A stretch of DNA of 35,707 bases, taken from the NCBI GenBank assembly GCA_031459535.1, contig JAVKIJ010000027.1, positions 1-35,707 of the forward strand, given 5' to 3'. The notes under the pieces are model-generated. The model was not told the origin of the DNA. It made no database searches and saw only the letters and a list, made by a program, of their open reading frames with translations. Position 1 is the stretch's first letter; the number at the start of each line of letters is the position of its first letter. Below, one piece after another: positions 33,219-35,707 of the stretch. The translations under genes and the position numbers were made by a program. The stretch comes from Candidatus Fervidifonticultor quintus (GTDB lineage Bacteria > Sysuimicrobiota > Sysuimicrobiia > Sysuimicrobiales > Humicultoraceae).

Positions 33219-35534
33219 GTGGAAGAGCCCGGCGCACCAGAGCACGACCACGGGCCGCCGGTCCCTGAGATCCCGCATCTGGCGCCCGACGCCCCGCACG
33301 CGCCCCCTGCCGTGCATGCCTCGGCCCGCGACCGGTTCGGCCGACTGCTGATTGCGCTCATCGTGACCGCCACCTTCCTGGGCGCCGTGGTGGCGGTGCT
33401 CCACAGCTACTCGCTGGCACGGGCGAACCACGCGGGGCTGGCCGCCCAGGCGCAGGGCGCCAGGATGGTGGGCGAGTTCCTGCGGCGGCAAGAGGAGGGT
33501 CACGCCAGGCTCGAGTGGGCCGCCCGGGCCGAGGATGCCCGAACACGGATTGTCAACTTGAAGCACCGCCAGATCCTGCAGCAGTTGCGCATGCTGCCGT
33601 CATCGAGCCTCCCCTCCGAAGCCGACGACCGCCAGGGCGAGATCGACCGCCTGGAGGCCCTGGCGCGCCACCTGGACCGGGTCTCGGGGCTCGCCCCGGA
33701 GAGCGCTGAGTCCCCCGGCCGCGACCCCAGCTTCCCCGAGCGGTTCATGGTGCGCAGGATGGGGACGGTCTACCAGCGCGCGTGGCACATTGCGGTGCAG
33801 GATGGGTACAACGACCTCAGCGTCGCGTGGCGGATCCGCGCGGGGTGGTACACGGCTTGCCTGACCGCTTTCGCGGTCGCCGTCTACCTCTTCAGCCTGG
33901 CTCTGGTCATGAGCGGCCGGGCCGCGCGGCACGGCGGGGGCGGCGGGAGTTCAACCTTTGCTGGCAGACCAGCCGCCGCGCTGTTGTTCGCGGCCATCGC
34001 CGCGGGGCTGGCGATCATCGCCACCGGCACCGCGCTCATCGCCGCCTTCACCTCGCCGCGCGAGGCCAGGGCGCTCGCGGCGGCGGAAATGGCGGCCAAG
34101 GAATACGCGGAAGGTGTCCAGACCATGACCCTGGCGACCACGTCGGCCGAGTTCGAGGTGGCGGCCAGGAGTTTCCGGCTTGCCCTGAGTGCGCGCCCCA
34201 GTCTGGTCTACGCCTACCATGACCTGGCCGGCGCGCTGTTTCTGCAAGGGTCCCCACAGGCCGAGGAGCGCTTCGTCAGCATGACCGCGTCGGACAGACT
34301 GCAGGAGGCCCAGGAGAGCGCTGAAGGGGCGTGGCGACGCGGCCTGAGACGCGGCGCCCTCCTGGTGGACCTGGGCTGGAATGCCTTCCTGGCCGGGCTG
34401 GAGTCTCCCGAGCCCGCCCGCCGCCGCCTGATCGAGACCAGCATCCGGTACACGGAAGAAGCCGCGCGTCGCGATCCCGACGACAGCGTGCCTTTCTCGA
34501 ACCTGGGCCTCGCCGCGCTCCTGCTGGGACGTCTGGACGAGAGCGAACGATACTACGAGGCGGCCATGCACCGCTCACGCTTTGCCCGTGCAGACGGCAG
34601 CATTCTGCGCACAGACTCCGACCTGCGTGACCGGGTTGTCAGCGACCTGACCGATCTCGAACTCCTGCGTGCATTCCAGCCAGAGATGGGCGAAGCCATC
34701 GACCGCCGCAAGGCATGGATTGTCGGAAGGGCCTGGCCGGGTGGCGTCAACGCCTACGCCGCCCGCCCGATGCGGATCGCCCGGGTCTCGTTTGCGGTGT
34801 CCGCCACCGCCGCCGAGTGGGACGCGCCGACCGAGCAGCTGAACCCGCGCGAAGACTCGCTGACGGCCATCTGGTATCTCTTCCGCGAGTATCGCCCCGG
34901 CAAGTGGGTCTGGCACGCCTTGCCCGCGCTCTCTGGCCGGGTAGAGGTGGGGGCGGACGGCCGGTTCCGCCGTTCCAGGAGCTACGTCACCACGCCATAT
35001 CGGTGTCTGCAGAGTGGACGGTATAGAGTCGAATTGTACGTGAACGGCCAGCTCGTCGGGGGGGCGGACCCGCGCCAGGTCGTCCTGCCCGAGCTCGACC
35101 GCCGTGAGTTTCCCGACCTGTCGCTGGGGCTGTGCTCGCCCAGGGACTGGCTGCCGGCCGAGGGAGCCGTCCCGGGAATTGTCCAGGGCTTCCGCTCCGC
35201 CGACGGTACGCGGTCGGTTCACATCTTTCGGCTCCGGCACCCACGGGGCAGCGCCCGAGCCCGCTCGGACGTCGAGTCCTACGTCGCGTGGAGCTTCACC
35301 CACCTGGGCCTGCGGGACGCGTCACGACGAGAACTCGCGGAGGGCAGACGCTTCCTGGGCCCGGGTTTTGCGGTGATCTACACCCGCGACGCGTCGTACG
35401 ATTTCGCCGGCGGGCGGGCCCGCGTCCGAGTGGGCGTATCCAACCTCGGCTCGATCGTGATCGGCATTGTCCACGGCCCGGGCACTTTCGCCGACGGGGA
35501 GCTGGCCCAGAGCGTGCTCGCGTCCATCCGGTGA
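33219..35534 (+). CDS. Membrane protein with TPR repeats and C-terminal beta domains
   Basis: GTG 33219; TMs at LLIALIVTATFLGAVVAVL, YTACLTAFAVAVYLFSLALV and ALLFAAIAAGLAIIATGTALIA; TPR-like AYHDLAGALF and PFSNLGLAALLLGRLDESERYYEAA; GRYRVELYVNGQLV. Confidence 0.8.
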   Translation: MEEPGAPEHDHGPPVPEIPHLAPDAPHAPPAVHASARDRFGRLLIALIVTATFLGAVVAVLHSYSLARANHAGLAAQAQGARMVGEFLRRQEEGHARLEWAARAEDARTRIVNLKHRQILQQLRMLPSSSLPSEADDRQGEIDRLEALARHLDRVSGLAPESAESPGRDPSFPERFMVRRMGTVYQRAWHIAVQDGYNDLSVAWRIRAGWYTACLTAFAVAVYLFSLALVMSGRAARHGGGGGSSTFAGRPAAALLFAAIAAGLAIIATGTALIAAFTSPREARALAAAEMAAKEYAEGVQTMTLATTSAEFEVAARSFRLALSARPSLVYAYHDLAGALFLQGSPQAEERFVSMTASDRLQEAQESAEGAWRRGLRRGALLVDLGWNAFLAGLESPEPARRRLIETSIRYTEEAARRDPDDSVPFSNLGLAALLLGRLDESERYYEAAMHRSRFARADGSILRTDSDLRDRVVSDLTDLELLRAFQPEMGEAIDRRKAWIVGRAWPGGVNAYAARPMRIARVSFAVSATAAEWDAPTEQLNPREDSLTAIWYLFREYRPGKWVWHALPALSGRVEVGADGRFRRSRSYVTTPYRCLQSGRYRVELYVNGQLVGGADPRQVVLPELDRREFPDLSLGLCSPRDWLPAEGAVPGIVQGFRSADGTRSVHIFRLRHPRGSARARSDVESYVAWSFTHLGLRDASRRELAEGRRFLGPGFAVIYTRDASYDFAGGRARVRVGVSNLGSIVIGIVHGPGTFADGELAQSVLASIR

Positions 35535-35597
35535 TGGCCCTCAGATACCGCGACAAGACCGGAGCTGCGTGTGGACACAGGTGGGACCAGAAACGGA

Positions 35598-35626
35598 TCG
35601 AGGGGAGGCCCGCAGCCTCCCCTCGA
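35598..35626 (-). terminator. Strong hairpin downstream of 5S rRNA (likely rRNA-operon or bidirectional terminator)
   Basis: 12-bp perfect stem TCGAGGGGAGGC-ccgca-GCCTCCCCTCGA, followed on the minus strand by TCCGTTTCT. Confidence 0.75.
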
Positions 35627-35632
35627 CGTTAC

Positions 35633-35707
35633 TCCCGGCAGCGACCTACTCTCCCGCGCCGTCTCCAGCGCAGTACCATCGGCCCTGGAGGGCTTAACTT
35701 CCGTGTT
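35633..35707 (-). rRNA. rrf: 5S rRNA, 3' portion (runs off the window)
   Basis: Plus strand CCCGGCAGCGACCTACTCTCCC...AGTACCATCGGC...GGGCTTAACTTCCGTGTT is the characteristic reverse complement of bacterial 5S rRNA. Confidence 0.95.

Noticed and set aside
1-35707. CRISPR arrays, IS elements, prophage, toxin-antitoxin or defence cassettes
   Set aside because: No regularly spaced repeats, terminal inverted repeats, transposase, integrase or phage genes seen; the PIN protein is the housekeeping membrane PIN/TRAM type.

Overview
High-GC (~70% by eye) bacterial chromosomal core region with no integrase, transposase or CRISPR array. Most of the minus strand follows a reduced, Bacillota-like gene order: tilS-ftsH ... 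folB-dgk-dck-birA ... greA-clpC-radA-[conserved hypothetical, + strand]-PIN/TRAM-ispDF-cysS-rlmB-[VanW family]-sigH. The window also holds tRNA-Thr(UGU), elongator tRNA-Met(CAU), rpoZ, moaA, a diheme cytochrome c, kptA, an ASCH protein and the 3' part of a 5S rRNA gene at the right edge. By inference the host is a deep-branching high-GC Terrabacteria lineage (possibly Armatimonadota-related); this cannot be proven from the window. Most notable observations: (1) seven intergenic SigH-type promoter motifs GC(A/G)GG-N18/19-GAA in a window that itself encodes sigH, outlining a candidate regulon that includes clpC; (2) a CysRS whose KMSKS signature reads EMHRH; (3) a translationally coupled HEAT-repeat plus HD-GYP pair sharing an unnamed N-terminal module; (4) a paralogous membrane-protein pair, one member extended by TPR repeats; (5) two small proteins with clear expression signals that the ORF track misses or mis-starts; (6) a KptA with an altered HGT motif and a radA with no canonical start at the expected position. 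Family assignments come from motif recognition only; no searches were run.
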